Shown: positions 38,552 to 48,658, numbered from the stretch's first letter. The stretch: 64,000 nt of DNA from a virus (IMGVR_UViG_3300029957_000005:64001-128000); one strand, 5' to 3'. Made by a program: numbers and translations. Notes: generated by a model from the sequence alone, not told the origin.

Positions 38552-41050
38552 ATGGCATCGTTCCACGTATCCCCAGGCGTCATCGTAGTTGAGAACGACT
38601 ACTCGAACATCGTACCTGGCATCTCAACTTCAGCAGGTGCAATCGCAGGATCCTTCCAGTGGGGTCCAGCAAACCAGGTCGTGACCGTCTCTGACGAGAA
38701 GGGACTTGCTAACGTATTCGGACCGCCGGATGACGACACCTACAAGACCTTCCTCGTTGCATCCGACTTCCTCACCTACTCCACTCGCCTCGAAACCGTT
38801 CGTGTCGTCGGAAATGACGCTCGTAACGCCGTCTCTGGTGGAACGGGTTCTGGTCTGACCGTCGACGTCACGACTGTCAACGGCGATATCTCCTCGGTTT
38901 CCATCAACGTAGGTGGAGCGGACTACCGTCTCGGTGACCTGGTCATCGTCGCTGGTGGTATCTCCTCCGGCATCTACAAGGTCATCAACGTCGACGAAAC
39001 CGGCGCAGTCACCGGCCTCGATGTAGAAACCGTTGGTGAAGGCTATGCTCCAGGAACTGCAGTTGCGACCACCGTCCAGCCGGCAGTTCTCGTCCGCAAC
39101 CTCGAAGAATTCGAACACTACGGAACCCTTCCAGAAGTCCTCGGCAAGTACCCAGGCGCCCTCGGAAACTCCTTGGTCTTCAGCTCCGTCAAGGCATCTC
39201 AGTTCGACAACTGGGCGTTCGCAAACCGCTTCGTAGTTGCTCCTGCAGCAGACGTCAAGGTCTTTGCAGCAGACGGTAAGACCCAGTCCTTCGCATACGG
39301 TGGAGCAATCCCAGACGACACCGAAGTCGCCGTCAACGGAACCAAGCTCGAACTCGGAACCGATCCGGGACGTTGGTCCATCAACGGAACCAACATCGCT
39401 ATCGTCACCGACAGTGAAGTCTTCACTCCTACCGTTCCAACGAATGAATGGGTTCTCGACAACGAGTTCGGGATCTCGACCGAAGGATACAAGGTCGAAG
39501 TCGCTTCCGTCGAACAGACTCTCTACGCAGGTGAAGGCGATGTTCCAGTCGGCCAGTACCGTCTCGTAGGAAACAACCTCAAGTACGGTGTCAACACCGT
39601 CAACCTCAACGGTAACTCTGTCACCACGATCTTCACTCTCACCGGAGTCACCGGAGTTATTGCCGGATCTCCGATCGGAGCAAATGCTCGCATCTCGGTC
39701 GATGGCGTCACCAAGACTATCATCGCCGGTGTCCCAGCAAACAACACCCAGGTCAAGGTCACTGAGACTGGTGGAAACACCGTTGTCACCTTCTTCTCTG
39801 CCCCAGGCATCGGAAGAGGAAACATCAAGGTCGAGTGGGGCTTCGGTCAGGCTGCAATCACGGTCACCTACGGATATCCGAAGGCTGGTCCTGACTCGGT
39901 CAAGGTCTTCAACAACCAGACCGAAGTTCATGCAGTCGTCTACGATGCCGACGGTAAGTGGACTGGTGAAGCAGGTTCCCTCATGGAGCGCTTTGAGTTC
40001 TTGTCCCTGACCCCAGGAGCAGTCTCATTCGATGGATCGACTGCCTACTACGTTGACGCAATCAACCGTAGGTCCCAGTACGTTCGTATCGGACAGCCGT
40101 TCTTCGCACACGGAACCAAGGTTCTCAGCGGAGGCATCAACGACAACAAGTTCGGAGCAGCATCCGGAGTCACCCCCGGCATCTACCAGACTGGCCTCAA
40201 GCTGTTCCAGAATGCAGAACAGCTCGAGATCTATCACCTGATCATTCAGGACCAGACTCCTGCCTCCTGCTTGTTCGCTCTCCAGAACATCGCTGAGTTC
40301 CGTCACGACTGCGTTGCTTACTTCTCGCCTCCGATGGATGCAGTTGTCAACAACAAGAACCGTGAAGCCGACGACTCAATCATCTTCAGAAACTTGCTCG
40401 GCTCTTCGTCCTACTACCACATGGACGGAAACTGGTCCTACAAGTACGACACCTACAACGACAAGTTCCGTTGGATCCCATGCGCAGGTGCTTCAGCAGG
40501 TTGCTACGCCCAGACTCACTATCTGTTCGATGCCTGGATCTCCGGAGCAGGACTCAACAGAGGACGTATCAAGAACGCTGTCAAGCTTGCCTGGAACCCA
40601 GACAAGACGAACAGAGACAAGCTCTACACGAACAACATCAACCCGATCACCACGTTCCTCGGTGAAGGACCTGTTCTGTACGGAGACAAGACTGGACAGA
40701 CCAAGGCATCTGCATTCGACAGAATGAACGTCAGATTCCTCTTCATTGTCCTTGAAAAGTCGATTGCAAATGCATCTCGTTACTTCCTGTTCGAACAGAA
40801 CGACGAGTTCACCCGTAATCGCTTCAAGAACATGGTCATCCCGTTCCTCAGAACCGTCCAGGGTCGTAGAGGTATCGATGAGTACGAAGTTGTCTGCGAC
40901 ACCCGCAACAACACTCCGGACGTAACGTCTCGTAATGAGTTCATTGCAGACATCTACATTCGTCCGGTCTACTCGATCAACGGCATCACCCTGAACTTCA
41001 ATGCGGTTTCTGGTAACGTCACGTTCAACGAGCTTATCAGCCAGGTCTAA
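38552..41050 (+). CDS. gp18: tail sheath protein gp18 (832 aa, with insertions)
   Basis: SPGVIVVEND, FQWGPANQ, RDKLYTNNINPI, AFDRMNVRFLF, FEQNDEFTR. Confidence 0.95.
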   Translation: MASFHVSPGVIVVENDYSNIVPGISTSAGAIAGSFQWGPANQVVTVSDEKGLANVFGPPDDDTYKTFLVASDFLTYSTRLETVRVVGNDARNAVSGGTGSGLTVDVTTVNGDISSVSINVGGADYRLGDLVIVAGGISSGIYKVINVDETGAVTGLDVETVGEGYAPGTAVATTVQPAVLVRNLEEFEHYGTLPEVLGKYPGALGNSLVFSSVKASQFDNWAFANRFVVAPAADVKVFAADGKTQSFAYGGAIPDDTEVAVNGTKLELGTDPGRWSINGTNIAIVTDSEVFTPTVPTNEWVLDNEFGISTEGYKVEVASVEQTLYAGEGDVPVGQYRLVGNNLKYGVNTVNLNGNSVTTIFTLTGVTGVIAGSPIGANARISVDGVTKTIIAGVPANNTQVKVTETGGNTVVTFFSAPGIGRGNIKVEWGFGQAAITVTYGYPKAGPDSVKVFNNQTEVHAVVYDADGKWTGEAGSLMERFEFLSLTPGAVSFDGSTAYYVDAINRRSQYVRIGQPFFAHGTKVLSGGINDNKFGAASGVTPGIYQTGLKLFQNAEQLEIYHLIIQDQTPASCLFALQNIAEFRHDCVAYFSPPMDAVVNNKNREADDSIIFRNLLGSSSYYHMDGNWSYKYDTYNDKFRWIPCAGASAGCYAQTHYLFDAWISGAGLNRGRIKNAVKLAWNPDKTNRDKLYTNNINPITTFLGEGPVLYGDKTGQTKASAFDRMNVRFLFIVLEKSIANASRYFLFEQNDEFTRNRFKNMVIPFLRTVQGRRGIDEYEVVCDTRNNTPDVTSRNEFIADIYIRPVYSINGITLNFNAVSGNVTFNELISQV

Positions 41051-41072
41051 TAGAGAAGGATAGGAAACTAAC

Positions 41073-41669
41073 ATGGTTCAGAATTTTCACCTAAAGAACT
41101 TCATGGCCGTAATGAAGGATGGGGCTCGTCCCAACCAGTTCTACGTGGACTTGTCCCTCCCGGCTGCTCTTATCGGAGCCATTCCGAATGCGTCCCTCGC
41201 AGAAAGCAGAATGAAGTTCTTCATCAAGGCTACTTCGATCCCGGCCATGACGATCGGGAACGTCGACCTCAACTTCAGAGGCGGACAGTACAAGCTTCCT
41301 GGAGACAAGACTTTTGCTGATTGGCAGATTACGGTCATCAACGATACTGACTATCTGATCAGAGATGCTTTCGAGCGTTGGAACGATCTGATCGTCGGCA
41401 ACGTCGATCGTGACTCGGCAGTTGAAGACGACCCGTCGGCCTACATGTCCAACGGAACCGTTGCTCAGCTCTCGAGAAACGGCAACACCCTCAAGACCTA
41501 TCTCATGACGGGTGTGTGGCCTGCTGAAATCGGAGACATTGCTCTCTCGACTGATTCCGAAAATCAGATCGAAGAGTTCACCGTCACGATGAAGCTTCAG
41601 TGGTGGGAGTCTTCGACCTCCAGAAACAATACTTCTGGAGAAGTCTTCGGACTGACCCAGGGACTCTAA
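41073..41669 (+). CDS. gp19: tail tube protein gp19
   Basis: GARPNQF, KLPGDKTFADWQITVINDTD, GVWPAEIGDI. Confidence 0.93.
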   Translation: MVQNFHLKNFMAVMKDGARPNQFYVDLSLPAALIGAIPNASLAESRMKFFIKATSIPAMTIGNVDLNFRGGQYKLPGDKTFADWQITVINDTDYLIRDAFERWNDLIVGNVDRDSAVEDDPSAYMSNGTVAQLSRNGNTLKTYLMTGVWPAEIGDIALSTDSENQIEEFTVTMKLQWWESSTSRNNTSGEVFGLTQGL

Positions 41670-41692
41670 TCTTCATCTTCCCTGATCAGGGC

Positions 41693-41699
41693 ATAGATA
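41693..41699 (+). promoter_or_regulatory. late promoter, 4 nt before portal ATG
   Basis: ATAGATA. Confidence 0.65.
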
Positions 41700-41703
41700 A
41701 GAT

Positions 41704-43386
41704 ATGAAGCAGCCCAACACATTCTCTTTCAATCGTCTTCTTGATCGATTTGGAATTGCAATCAACAGAAAAAGAGAATTTGCGGATGAGAAAGCTCTTC
41801 CGCAATTTTCCCAGCCTGAGAACGATGATGGCTCTGTCATCATCCCGTTCCAGGACGGCAACGAAGGCGTATTCAATTACCAGCTGGCGATCGATCCAAA
41901 GATCTCGTCCGAAGCCGCCCTCATCAATCACTATCGCCAGGTAGCACTATTCAATGAGCCGGATATGGCCATCCAGGAAATCGTCCAGGATGCTATCGTC
42001 CAGGACGATGTGCGCCCGGCCGTCGAAATCAATCTCGATCAGATCGACAACAAGGACCTTCCGAAGGCGACCAAGGTCGAAATCGTTGAAGAGTTCCATG
42101 AGATCCTCAGGATGCTCAAGTTCAACATCAAGGGAGGAGACATCTTCCAGAGATGGTACGTAGACTCCCGCATTGTTTATCACAAGATGGTTGACCCGAA
42201 CAAGCTTTCTGAGGGTGTTCAGAAGCTAAAATTCTTGGATCCTAGAAAGATCCGTAAGATCAAGGAAGTGGAACAGAAAGTTGACGAAAACAGAATCATT
42301 CGCTACGAGACTAAGGATGAGTATTTCCTATACTTTGATACGCCTTTTGGGTACGACTCCACTTACGGAGGCTACTCTAACGTCACTCTCAATGCTCTCG
42401 ATCGCAACTCTTTCGTAAACAATAACAACACGGCCGTCAGGATCAACAAGGATTCGATCGCCTATATTACGTCAGGTCTGACCGATCCTTCGACCGGAGT
42501 GACATACGGATATCTTCAGAAGGCACTACGTCCTTTCAACCAGCTCCGCTGGGCAGAGGACTCCATGATCGTCAATCGTATCGCCAACTCCGGTGAAAAG
42601 CGCATCATCTACGTTGACGTCGGCCGCATGTCTCCTAAGAACGCTGAACGTTACATGAACAACATTCAGCAGAAGTACAAGAACAAGATGACTTACGACG
42701 CCGTCACCGGTGGAATGAAGTCTGACCCTCGTGTCATTTCTGTTCAGGAGAACATCTGGCTTCCTCGTATCGATGGCAACAAGACTACCGAGATCCAGCC
42801 GATCAATTCGACTACCAACTTCTCGGACATCGATGACGTCGAATACTTCAAGGACAAGCTCTACAACTCCCTTCGTGTTCCGCCGGCTCGCTTCAAGACC
42901 GATGGCATTCAGATGGTTCTGGGACAGCAGACCAACGTTTCCCAGGAGGAGCTGAAGTTCTCCAAGTTCATCAACAAGCTTCGTAAGCAGTTCTCCTTCT
43001 TGTTCCTGGACGTCCTCAGAACCCAGGTCGTCCTCAAGGGGATCATGACCGAGGACGAGTTCGATGAAATCGTTGATGAGATCGACTTCAACTTCATCGA
43101 GGACTCCTACTACACCGAGGCCAAGGATCAGGAACTTCTCCTGTCCCGTATTGCTGCGGCCAAGGAAGTCTCAGAGTTCGTCGGCAAGTGGATGTCCAAT
43201 CTGGACGTTCGTAGAAACATCCTCAAGCAGACCGACGAAGAGATCGACGAGATCGACAAGCAGATCAAGATCGAATCCACAATGGCCCAGTATCAGGATC
43301 CTGATGAGGACGACGAGAATGGATCCGACGGAGGCGACAAGGACTCCTTCGGTGACTCGGCTCTTCCGAAGCCCAAAACACCTTAA
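41704..43386 (+). CDS. gp20: portal protein gp20
   Basis: WYVDSRI, GYLQKALRPFNQLRWAEDS, IWLPR, YNSLRVP. Confidence 0.95.
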   Translation: MKQPNTFSFNRLLDRFGIAINRKREFADEKALPQFSQPENDDGSVIIPFQDGNEGVFNYQLAIDPKISSEAALINHYRQVALFNEPDMAIQEIVQDAIVQDDVRPAVEINLDQIDNKDLPKATKVEIVEEFHEILRMLKFNIKGGDIFQRWYVDSRIVYHKMVDPNKLSEGVQKLKFLDPRKIRKIKEVEQKVDENRIIRYETKDEYFLYFDTPFGYDSTYGGYSNVTLNALDRNSFVNNNNTAVRINKDSIAYITSGLTDPSTGVTYGYLQKALRPFNQLRWAEDSMIVNRIANSGEKRIIYVDVGRMSPKNAERYMNNIQQKYKNKMTYDAVTGGMKSDPRVISVQENIWLPRIDGNKTTEIQPINSTTNFSDIDDVEYFKDKLYNSLRVPPARFKTDGIQMVLGQQTNVSQEELKFSKFINKLRKQFSFLFLDVLRTQVVLKGIMTEDEFDEIVDEIDFNFIEDSYYTEAKDQELLLSRIAAAKEVSEFVGKWMSNLDVRRNILKQTDEEIDEIDKQIKIESTMAQYQDPDEDDENGSDGGDKDSFGDSALPKPKTP

Positions 43387-43389
43387 ACT

Positions 43390-43396
43390 ATAGATA
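43390..43396 (+). promoter_or_regulatory. late promoter
   Basis: ATAGATA, 25 nt before ATG 43422. Confidence 0.7.
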
Positions 43397-43421
43397 GCAA
43401 CGAATAAGGATCCATTCCAGC

Positions 43422-43880
43422 ATGAAGATCAGTCAGAAGAACTTTTCCACTTTCCTCGCCGGCAAGCTCGATGAAGCTGCTTCCACGAAGACCAAGAAGA
43501 ATCAGATCATCAAGGAGTCCTCGGACTCCTATCCGCCGGAGCTATCAAAGATCCCAGACTCTCTGAGCAATGCTTGTAAGACAGCTCGAGTCATGATTGC
43601 TGGCTATGCCTCCATGATTAAGGACGCAGTTGCGAACAAGTCCGGAACAAAGGTAGAAGTTCGCGACGGTGAATCTCTCTCGTTTGGTTGGAACAACATG
43701 GGTGAAACCATCGTGACCACTGAGCTGACCTTTTACGTTCCACTTGGAACCCACACGGCCCAGGAAATCGAGTCCTACATTCCTCCGAAGATCGCCAAGA
43801 TCATCAATTTCAGAAATCCAAATGTCAACGGGAACTACGTTTTCTCGGTTTCATTCAAGGCTTCGATCTACAGAAAGTAA
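43422..43880 (+). CDS. hypothetical late protein (possible prohead core/internal protein)
   Basis: Between portal and protease; late promoter plus SD; N-term NFSTFL..LDE and IKE-S motifs. Confidence 0.6.
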   Translation: MKISQKNFSTFLAGKLDEAASTKTKKNQIIKESSDSYPPELSKIPDSLSNACKTARVMIAGYASMIKDAVANKSGTKVEVRDGESLSFGWNNMGETIVTTELTFYVPLGTHTAQEIESYIPPKIAKIINFRNPNVNGNYVFSVSFKASIYRK

Positions 43881-43887
43881 TTTTCGA

Positions 43888-44514
43888 ATGATGAAGCTCC
43901 TCTCAGAAGACGTTAACTCACGGGTTGAACTGCTCACCGAGCAGACTGACCAGGGTAAGCAATTCTACATCGAGGGCATCTTCGCCCAGGCAGATCTGGT
44001 CAACGGCAACGGACGCATCTATCCATCCAGCGTCCTGATGCCGGAGGTAGAAGCCTACATCGCATCACACGTCAACACCGGCAGAGCACTTGGTGAGATC
44101 GAACATCCGGAACGTCCGAACGTCGACCTCAAGGAAGCCTCCCACATGATCACCGAACTTCGCATTGAAGGTTCGAACGTCATCGGTAAGGCAAAGCTCC
44201 TCAAGACCGATCGTGGCGTTCTCGCTTCCAAGCTCCTCGAGTCCGGAGTCAATCTTGGTGTCTCTACCAGAGCACTCGGATCGGTGACCACCAGGGACGA
44301 CGGGATCGACGAGGTGGACAATGACTTCAGACTGTTCGCAGTCGACATCGTACATACCCCTTCCGCCCCGGACGCGTACGTCAAGGGCCTTCTTGAATCA
44401 GTTGATTGGATGATCGATAAAGCCTCAGGCAAGATCACCAAAATCGATCGCAAGAGACTAGAAAAGATCATCCTAGAGCGTAAGCTTCATCTACTGAAGA
44501 AAATTTTGCTCTAA
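43888..44514 (+). CDS. gp21: prohead protease gp21
   Basis: YIEGIFAQAD..NGNGRIY, ALGEIEHP, GVSTRALGS, DIVHTPSAPDA; start at ATG 43888. Confidence 0.93.
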   Translation: MMKLLSEDVNSRVELLTEQTDQGKQFYIEGIFAQADLVNGNGRIYPSSVLMPEVEAYIASHVNTGRALGEIEHPERPNVDLKEASHMITELRIEGSNVIGKAKLLKTDRGVLASKLLESGVNLGVSTRALGSVTTRDDGIDEVDNDFRLFAVDIVHTPSAPDAYVKGLLESVDWMIDKASGKITKIDRKRLEKIILERKLHLLKKILL

Positions 44515-44515
44515 T

Positions 44516-44522
44516 ATAGATA
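44516..44522 (+). promoter_or_regulatory. late promoter (gp22)
   Basis: ATAGATA, 25 nt before ATG, SD TAGGAG. Confidence 0.7.
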
Positions 44523-44547
44523 GAACGAATTAGGAGAAAAATTCACA

Positions 44548-45930
44548 ATGGCAAAGAAGCTGAAGTCCGTAATGGAAGCTGACAACGAGATCAATGACAT
44601 CGAGGATCTCCTCAAGGGCCAGGAGCCTACGACCGTCCGTGACGGCAAGGACATCTTTGGTGAGTCTGAAGACGACGACAAGAAGGACGATGACGTAGAA
44701 GTCAATGAGTCCGACGATGACGACGATGAAGACAAGAACGATGTGAACGAAGCAGAGATCGAAGACGTCATCGACGCTTCGGACAAGGTCCTCAATGCCA
44801 TTGGGAAGAAGGACTCCAACGAAGGTACCTCCGGTGGAGATGAAACCATCGATGAAGGCGACGAGTTCTGCGTCGGTGACGACAACTCAGACGAGATCTT
44901 CGAAGACGAAGAGGCTGATGCTGAGAACGCAAGAAACAAGAAGGTCTCTGAAGCCAAGAAGCTGAAGGAAGCCAAGGACGCGAAGGCAGCCAAGAAGCTC
45001 AAGGAAGCTAAGGCAGCCAAGAAGGCAGCCAAGCTCAAGGAAGCTGAAGACGACGATGACGACAAGGATGACCTTGACGAATCTGAAGACGATGACGACG
45101 ATGACGACAAGGTCAACGAGTCAGACGACGATGAAGATGACGACAAGGACATGAACGAGTCCGACGATGATGACGACGACAAGGATGATGACAAGGTCAA
45201 CGAGTCGACGCTGTCTCCGAAGGAGCTTAAGATCGTCATGGAAGCTCTCAAGATCCCGGCTTCTGCGAAGAAGGAAATCAAGACCATCTTCGAAGCTATG
45301 GTCAAGAACAAGATCAAGGCTCAGAAGTCTCTGATCGAAGCGAAGTCTGAAAAGAAGGTCGCTAAGATCCGTGAAGAGCTGATCGAAGGCGTCGACCTTT
45401 ATGCCAAGGAAGTTGTGACCAAGTGGAAGGCAGCTAACAAGCCAGTCTTCGAAAACCAGGTCAAGCTTGCTCGTCTCGAGGAAGGCTTCCACAAGCTCGG
45501 TGAGATCTTCAAGGCCCTCGGTCTTGAGTCCAGCCTCAATGAGTCCGCAGTTGCTGCAAAGTACTCGACTCTGACCACCAAGTACAACGCACTTCTCGAG
45601 CGCAATCAGAAGCTCGAGTCCTACGTCGAAAAGATCCACGTTCGTGAGCTCTATGAGGCATGTGTCTCTGGTCTGTCCAAGAACCAGAAGCGCAAGTTCA
45701 TCTCTCTCGCAGAGACGCTGGAATACGATACCGTCAAGGATCTCAAGGAGAAGCTTGACGCAATTAAGAAGCTCTTTGTAGAGAAGAAGGTCTACGAAGA
45801 TGACGAACTTGAAGACAAGACTGTGAACGAGGAGTCCTTCGACGACGAAGGCGTTCTTTCACCAGATGAGAACGACATCGGCGACAACGATGCCCTCGTA
45901 TCTGAATCAGTCAAGCTTTTGATGATTTAA
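44548..45930 (+). CDS. gp22: prohead core/scaffold gp22 with long acidic N-terminal extension
   Basis: C-half EGVDLYAKEVVTKW..ANK, GLSKNQKRKFISLAE; N-half D/E-rich repeats. Confidence 0.85.
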   Translation: MAKKLKSVMEADNEINDIEDLLKGQEPTTVRDGKDIFGESEDDDKKDDDVEVNESDDDDDEDKNDVNEAEIEDVIDASDKVLNAIGKKDSNEGTSGGDETIDEGDEFCVGDDNSDEIFEDEEADAENARNKKVSEAKKLKEAKDAKAAKKLKEAKAAKKAAKLKEAEDDDDDKDDLDESEDDDDDDDKVNESDDDEDDDKDMNESDDDDDDKDDDKVNESTLSPKELKIVMEALKIPASAKKEIKTIFEAMVKNKIKAQKSLIEAKSEKKVAKIREELIEGVDLYAKEVVTKWKAANKPVFENQVKLARLEEGFHKLGEIFKALGLESSLNESAVAAKYSTLTTKYNALLERNQKLESYVEKIHVRELYEACVSGLSKNQKRKFISLAETLEYDTVKDLKEKLDAIKKLFVEKKVYEDDELEDKTVNEESFDDEGVLSPDENDIGDNDALVSESVKLLMI

Positions 45931-45936
45931 TATATA
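45930..45936 (+). promoter_or_regulatory. late promoter (gp23)
   Basis: ATATATA, 25 nt before ATG, SD CAGGAG. Confidence 0.7.
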
Positions 45937-45961
45937 GCCGAGAAGACAGGAGAAAATAAAA

Positions 45962-47251
45962 ATGTCAGGCAAGAACGCAAACCGTATCCTTCAGGAAAAC
46001 TTGATCAAGAAGTGGAAGCCAGTTCTTGAGTCTTCGAACGCTCCCAAGTTCAAGAACCGCCAGCGCATGGTCGAAACGGCTATTCTCCTCGAGAATCAGC
46101 TGAAGGCGATCAAGTCCGACAAGGCGATGCTCTCTGAAGCAACTCCTACCAACGTCACCGCCGGCGTTGCAAAGTGGGACCCGGTACTGATCGCAATGGT
46201 TCGCCGTTCCGCTCCGTCCCTGATCCACAACGAGATCCTCGGTGTTCAGCCGATGACTGGACCAACCGGTCTGGCCTTCGCTCTCCGTGCTCGCTACACC
46301 AGCCAGTCTGGTGCTGAAGCTCTCGGACTCTCTGAGCCGAACTCCGCATTCTCCGGAACCGGAACCCAGGCCGTCAACGACATCTTTGCTCAGGCAGGCT
46401 CCCCGCTTGCTGACACCATCGATCGTGGTCAGGGTGTTGTAACTGCAACCGGCGAAGGTGACATCTCTGCAAAGATGGCGTTCACCGTCGACAAGATCTC
46501 GGTTGAAGCGAAGACCCGCTCGCTCATGACCAGCTGGTCCGACGAAACGACTCAGGACATGCAGGCGATCCACTCCATGGATCCTGAGACGATCCTCGCC
46601 GACATCCTGTCAACCGAACTCGTCGCTGAAATGAACCGTGAACTCGTCCGTACCATCTACACGGTCGGCAAGTACGGTGCACAGACCCACACCGCTACCC
46701 CAGGTGTCATCGACATCAACACCGACTCCGACGGCCGTTGGTTCGTCGAGAAGTACAAGGGCTTGATGCTCCACCTGAACTTCGACGCCAACCAGATCTT
46801 CACCGAGACCCGTCGTGGTCGTGGTAACTTCCTGATCGTCTCCCAGGACGTCGCAACCGCACTCGGTGAGTCCGGTAACCTGGACTACGCATCGGCCATC
46901 TCTGATGGAACCGGCGTCCAGAACGACATCGCTAACTCGACCTTCGCAGGTATTCTCAACGGCCAGTTCCGTGTTTATATCGACCCGTACATGGTCGGCC
47001 AGTTCGCGATCATCGGATACAAGGGAGCAACTGAGCTCGACGCAGGTCTGTTCTATTGCCCATACGTTCCGTTCTACGTCCGCAAGACGATCGACGAGAC
47101 GTCCTTCCAGCCGAAGATGATGTTCAAGACCCGCTACGGTGTCGTCGCGAATCCATTCGTCCTGAAGAACGACGGAACCCCAGACGGTGCGACGATGACT
47201 CGCAACCTGAACCCATACTACCGCAAGGTAAAGATCACCAACCTGATCTAA
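45962..47251 (+). CDS. gp23: major capsid protein gp23
   Basis: KKWKPVL, GVQPMTGPTGL.FALR, EMNRELV, DAGLFYCPY, FQPKMMFKTRYG. Confidence 0.97.
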   Translation: MSGKNANRILQENLIKKWKPVLESSNAPKFKNRQRMVETAILLENQLKAIKSDKAMLSEATPTNVTAGVAKWDPVLIAMVRRSAPSLIHNEILGVQPMTGPTGLAFALRARYTSQSGAEALGLSEPNSAFSGTGTQAVNDIFAQAGSPLADTIDRGQGVVTATGEGDISAKMAFTVDKISVEAKTRSLMTSWSDETTQDMQAIHSMDPETILADILSTELVAEMNRELVRTIYTVGKYGAQTHTATPGVIDINTDSDGRWFVEKYKGLMLHLNFDANQIFTETRRGRGNFLIVSQDVATALGESGNLDYASAISDGTGVQNDIANSTFAGILNGQFRVYIDPYMVGQFAIIGYKGATELDAGLFYCPYVPFYVRKTIDETSFQPKMMFKTRYGVVANPFVLKNDGTPDGATMTRNLNPYYRKVKITNLI

Positions 47252-47270
47252 TCCATCAGGAAGTGTTCAA

Positions 47271-47300
47271 AGAAAAGGCCGGAGAAATCCGGCCTTTTCT
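47271..47300. terminator. bidirectional intrinsic terminator after gp23
   Basis: AGAAAAGGCCGGA-GAAA-TCCGGCCTTTTCT, 13-bp stem between convergent genes. Confidence 0.9.
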
Positions 47301-47306
47301 GCATTC

Positions 47307-47675
47307 TCAATCTGATAGGCTCTCGTAGTCCAGAGGAGTCTTCCAGACGTTCCGTCCGTGATATCTCGAAGCGAGCTGCTTGAGCTTCCTGAGGGACGTC
47401 ATTCGGTTGAAGAGATGAGCAGGGCGCTGGAACTTGACTCGACTGAAGTCAGGCCATCCATCCTTGTCTCGGTGGTAGTAGGTCTTCATCCCGTCCGTGG
47501 ACCATTCAGGCGATCCGACGTAATCCGTGACGTGCTCAAGATCCTTGAGAGGGGTGAGATGAATGTGGAGCCCACAGCAGATCCAGAGGGCCTTGTCGTC
47601 GATGATCCGGACGATGCGACCGTAGAACCGGTACATGTCGACCTTGTTGGTCATCACAATGCTATTTCGCTTCAT
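47307..47675 (-). CDS. hypothetical protein
   Basis: 122 aa, converges on gp23. Confidence 0.55.
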   Translation of the reverse strand: MKRNSIVMTNKVDMYRFYGRIVRIIDDKALWICCGLHIHLTPLKDLEHVTDYVGSPEWSTDGMKTYYHRDKDGWPDFSRVKFQRPAHLFNRMTSLRKLKQLASRYHGRNVWKTPLDYESLSD

Positions 47676-47871
47676 GGACCACCTTGGTTGCAGGATGCAG
47701 GCCTCGAGCGACTTCGTCCATCACTCCGAGGCTCGGGAAAGCAAGCCATATCTCCAGTGCTGTACAACCTATCACCCTGGACGTCAGGATCGCCGCCTGG
47801 ATGTACTCGAGCTGGAAGCCTGAGTCTCTACACACCCTGATGTAAAGCTGCTGAATCTGCTCCTTCGTCAT
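47662..47871 (-). CDS. hypothetical protein
   Basis: 69 aa, ATGA-coupled. Confidence 0.55.
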   Translation of the reverse strand: MTKEQIQQLYIRVCRDSGFQLEYIQAAILTSRVIGCTALEIWLAFPSLGVMDEVARGLHPATKVVHEAK

Positions 47872-48359
47872 GAGTTCATGAAGGCTGTGTGCAGCTCTTC
47901 AGCTTTCTTTTTGACGTCGGTTTCGGTGTAGAGAGGTTCGTAGTTCCTGAACCGAAGGTCCTGTTCGTTCGGAGGAGTGGTGGTCGTGTACCATTCATGC
48001 TTGGCATTGTCTCCGTGACGATGCTCCGGCTTGTACTCCCACCTCCAGGCGAATGGACGCTTGTTCTTTTCTCCGTAGAGATCTCTGGTCACGATCTTGG
48101 CGTGGATGACCTCGGCTCCGGTCCGAATGACCTTCGGAGGTTCTGGATCTACACACCACTTGCCGACCTGATGATCGTACGAGAGATAGATGTCCTCCAC
48201 CTTGGCTTCACGGGCGATCTCCAGCTCGAGGTCCCGACGGAGCACATTGATCGGCTCCCACCACTTGTCTCCGTAGACGTACTTGAGATTGACGTCGGAG
48301 TCGTGGCCGGTGAGGATCCGGAGGGCGTTGGAGGCTCGGGACAGGAGGGACTCGGTCAT
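47868..48359 (-). CDS. hypothetical protein
   Basis: 163 aa, ATGA-coupled. Confidence 0.6.
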   Translation of the reverse strand: MTESLLSRASNALRILTGHDSDVNLKYVYGDKWWEPINVLRRDLELEIAREAKVEDIYLSYDHQVGKWCVDPEPPKVIRTGAEVIHAKIVTRDLYGEKNKRPFAWRWEYKPEHRHGDNAKHEWYTTTTPPNEQDLRFRNYEPLYTETDVKKKAEELHTAFMNS

Positions 48360-48658
48360 TTCGTCAGTTCCTGGGCAACTTTGAGGGCTCTGGAAGCTAG
48401 TTTCCTAGCTCGTCCGAAATTCACATCATCGTGATTCCTGTGCAGGGAGATCTCGTCGAAGTACTGGTCCTCGATCGTCCGGATCCAGGAAGGAACGGCA
48501 TCGACCGTGCAGACGATGATGTCCACGATGGAGCGACAGTCCACATCCGGACCCTTCTCGACCTCGAAAACGATCAGTCGGACTTCGTATCCTTCAGCAA
48601 AGAAGGACTCCCTCTCCATGATCTTCTCGAGCATGATTTCTTTGGTGTAGACGAACAT
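48356..48658 (-). CDS. hypothetical protein
   Basis: 100 aa. Confidence 0.55.
   Translation of the reverse strand: MFVYTKEIMLEKIMERESFFAEGYEVRLIVFEVEKGPDVDCRSIVDIIVCTVDAVPSWIRTIEDQYFDEISLHRNHDDVNFGRARKLASRALKVAQELTK

Noticed and set aside
43744-43887. Track N-terminal extension of gp21
   Set aside because: Overlaps the upstream gene; gp21 homology starts at MKLLSE (43888-43891)
44650-45200. GACGACGATGA-type nucleotide repeats as a possible CRISPR or satellite
   Set aside because: In-frame Asp/Glu codons of gp22; no constant repeat-spacer pattern. No CRISPR array seen anywhere in the window
36813-47251. Introns, inteins or homing endonucleases in terminase, sheath, portal or capsid genes
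   Set aside because: All read through with normal motif spacing; no HNH, GIY-YIG or LAGLIDADG motifs recognised
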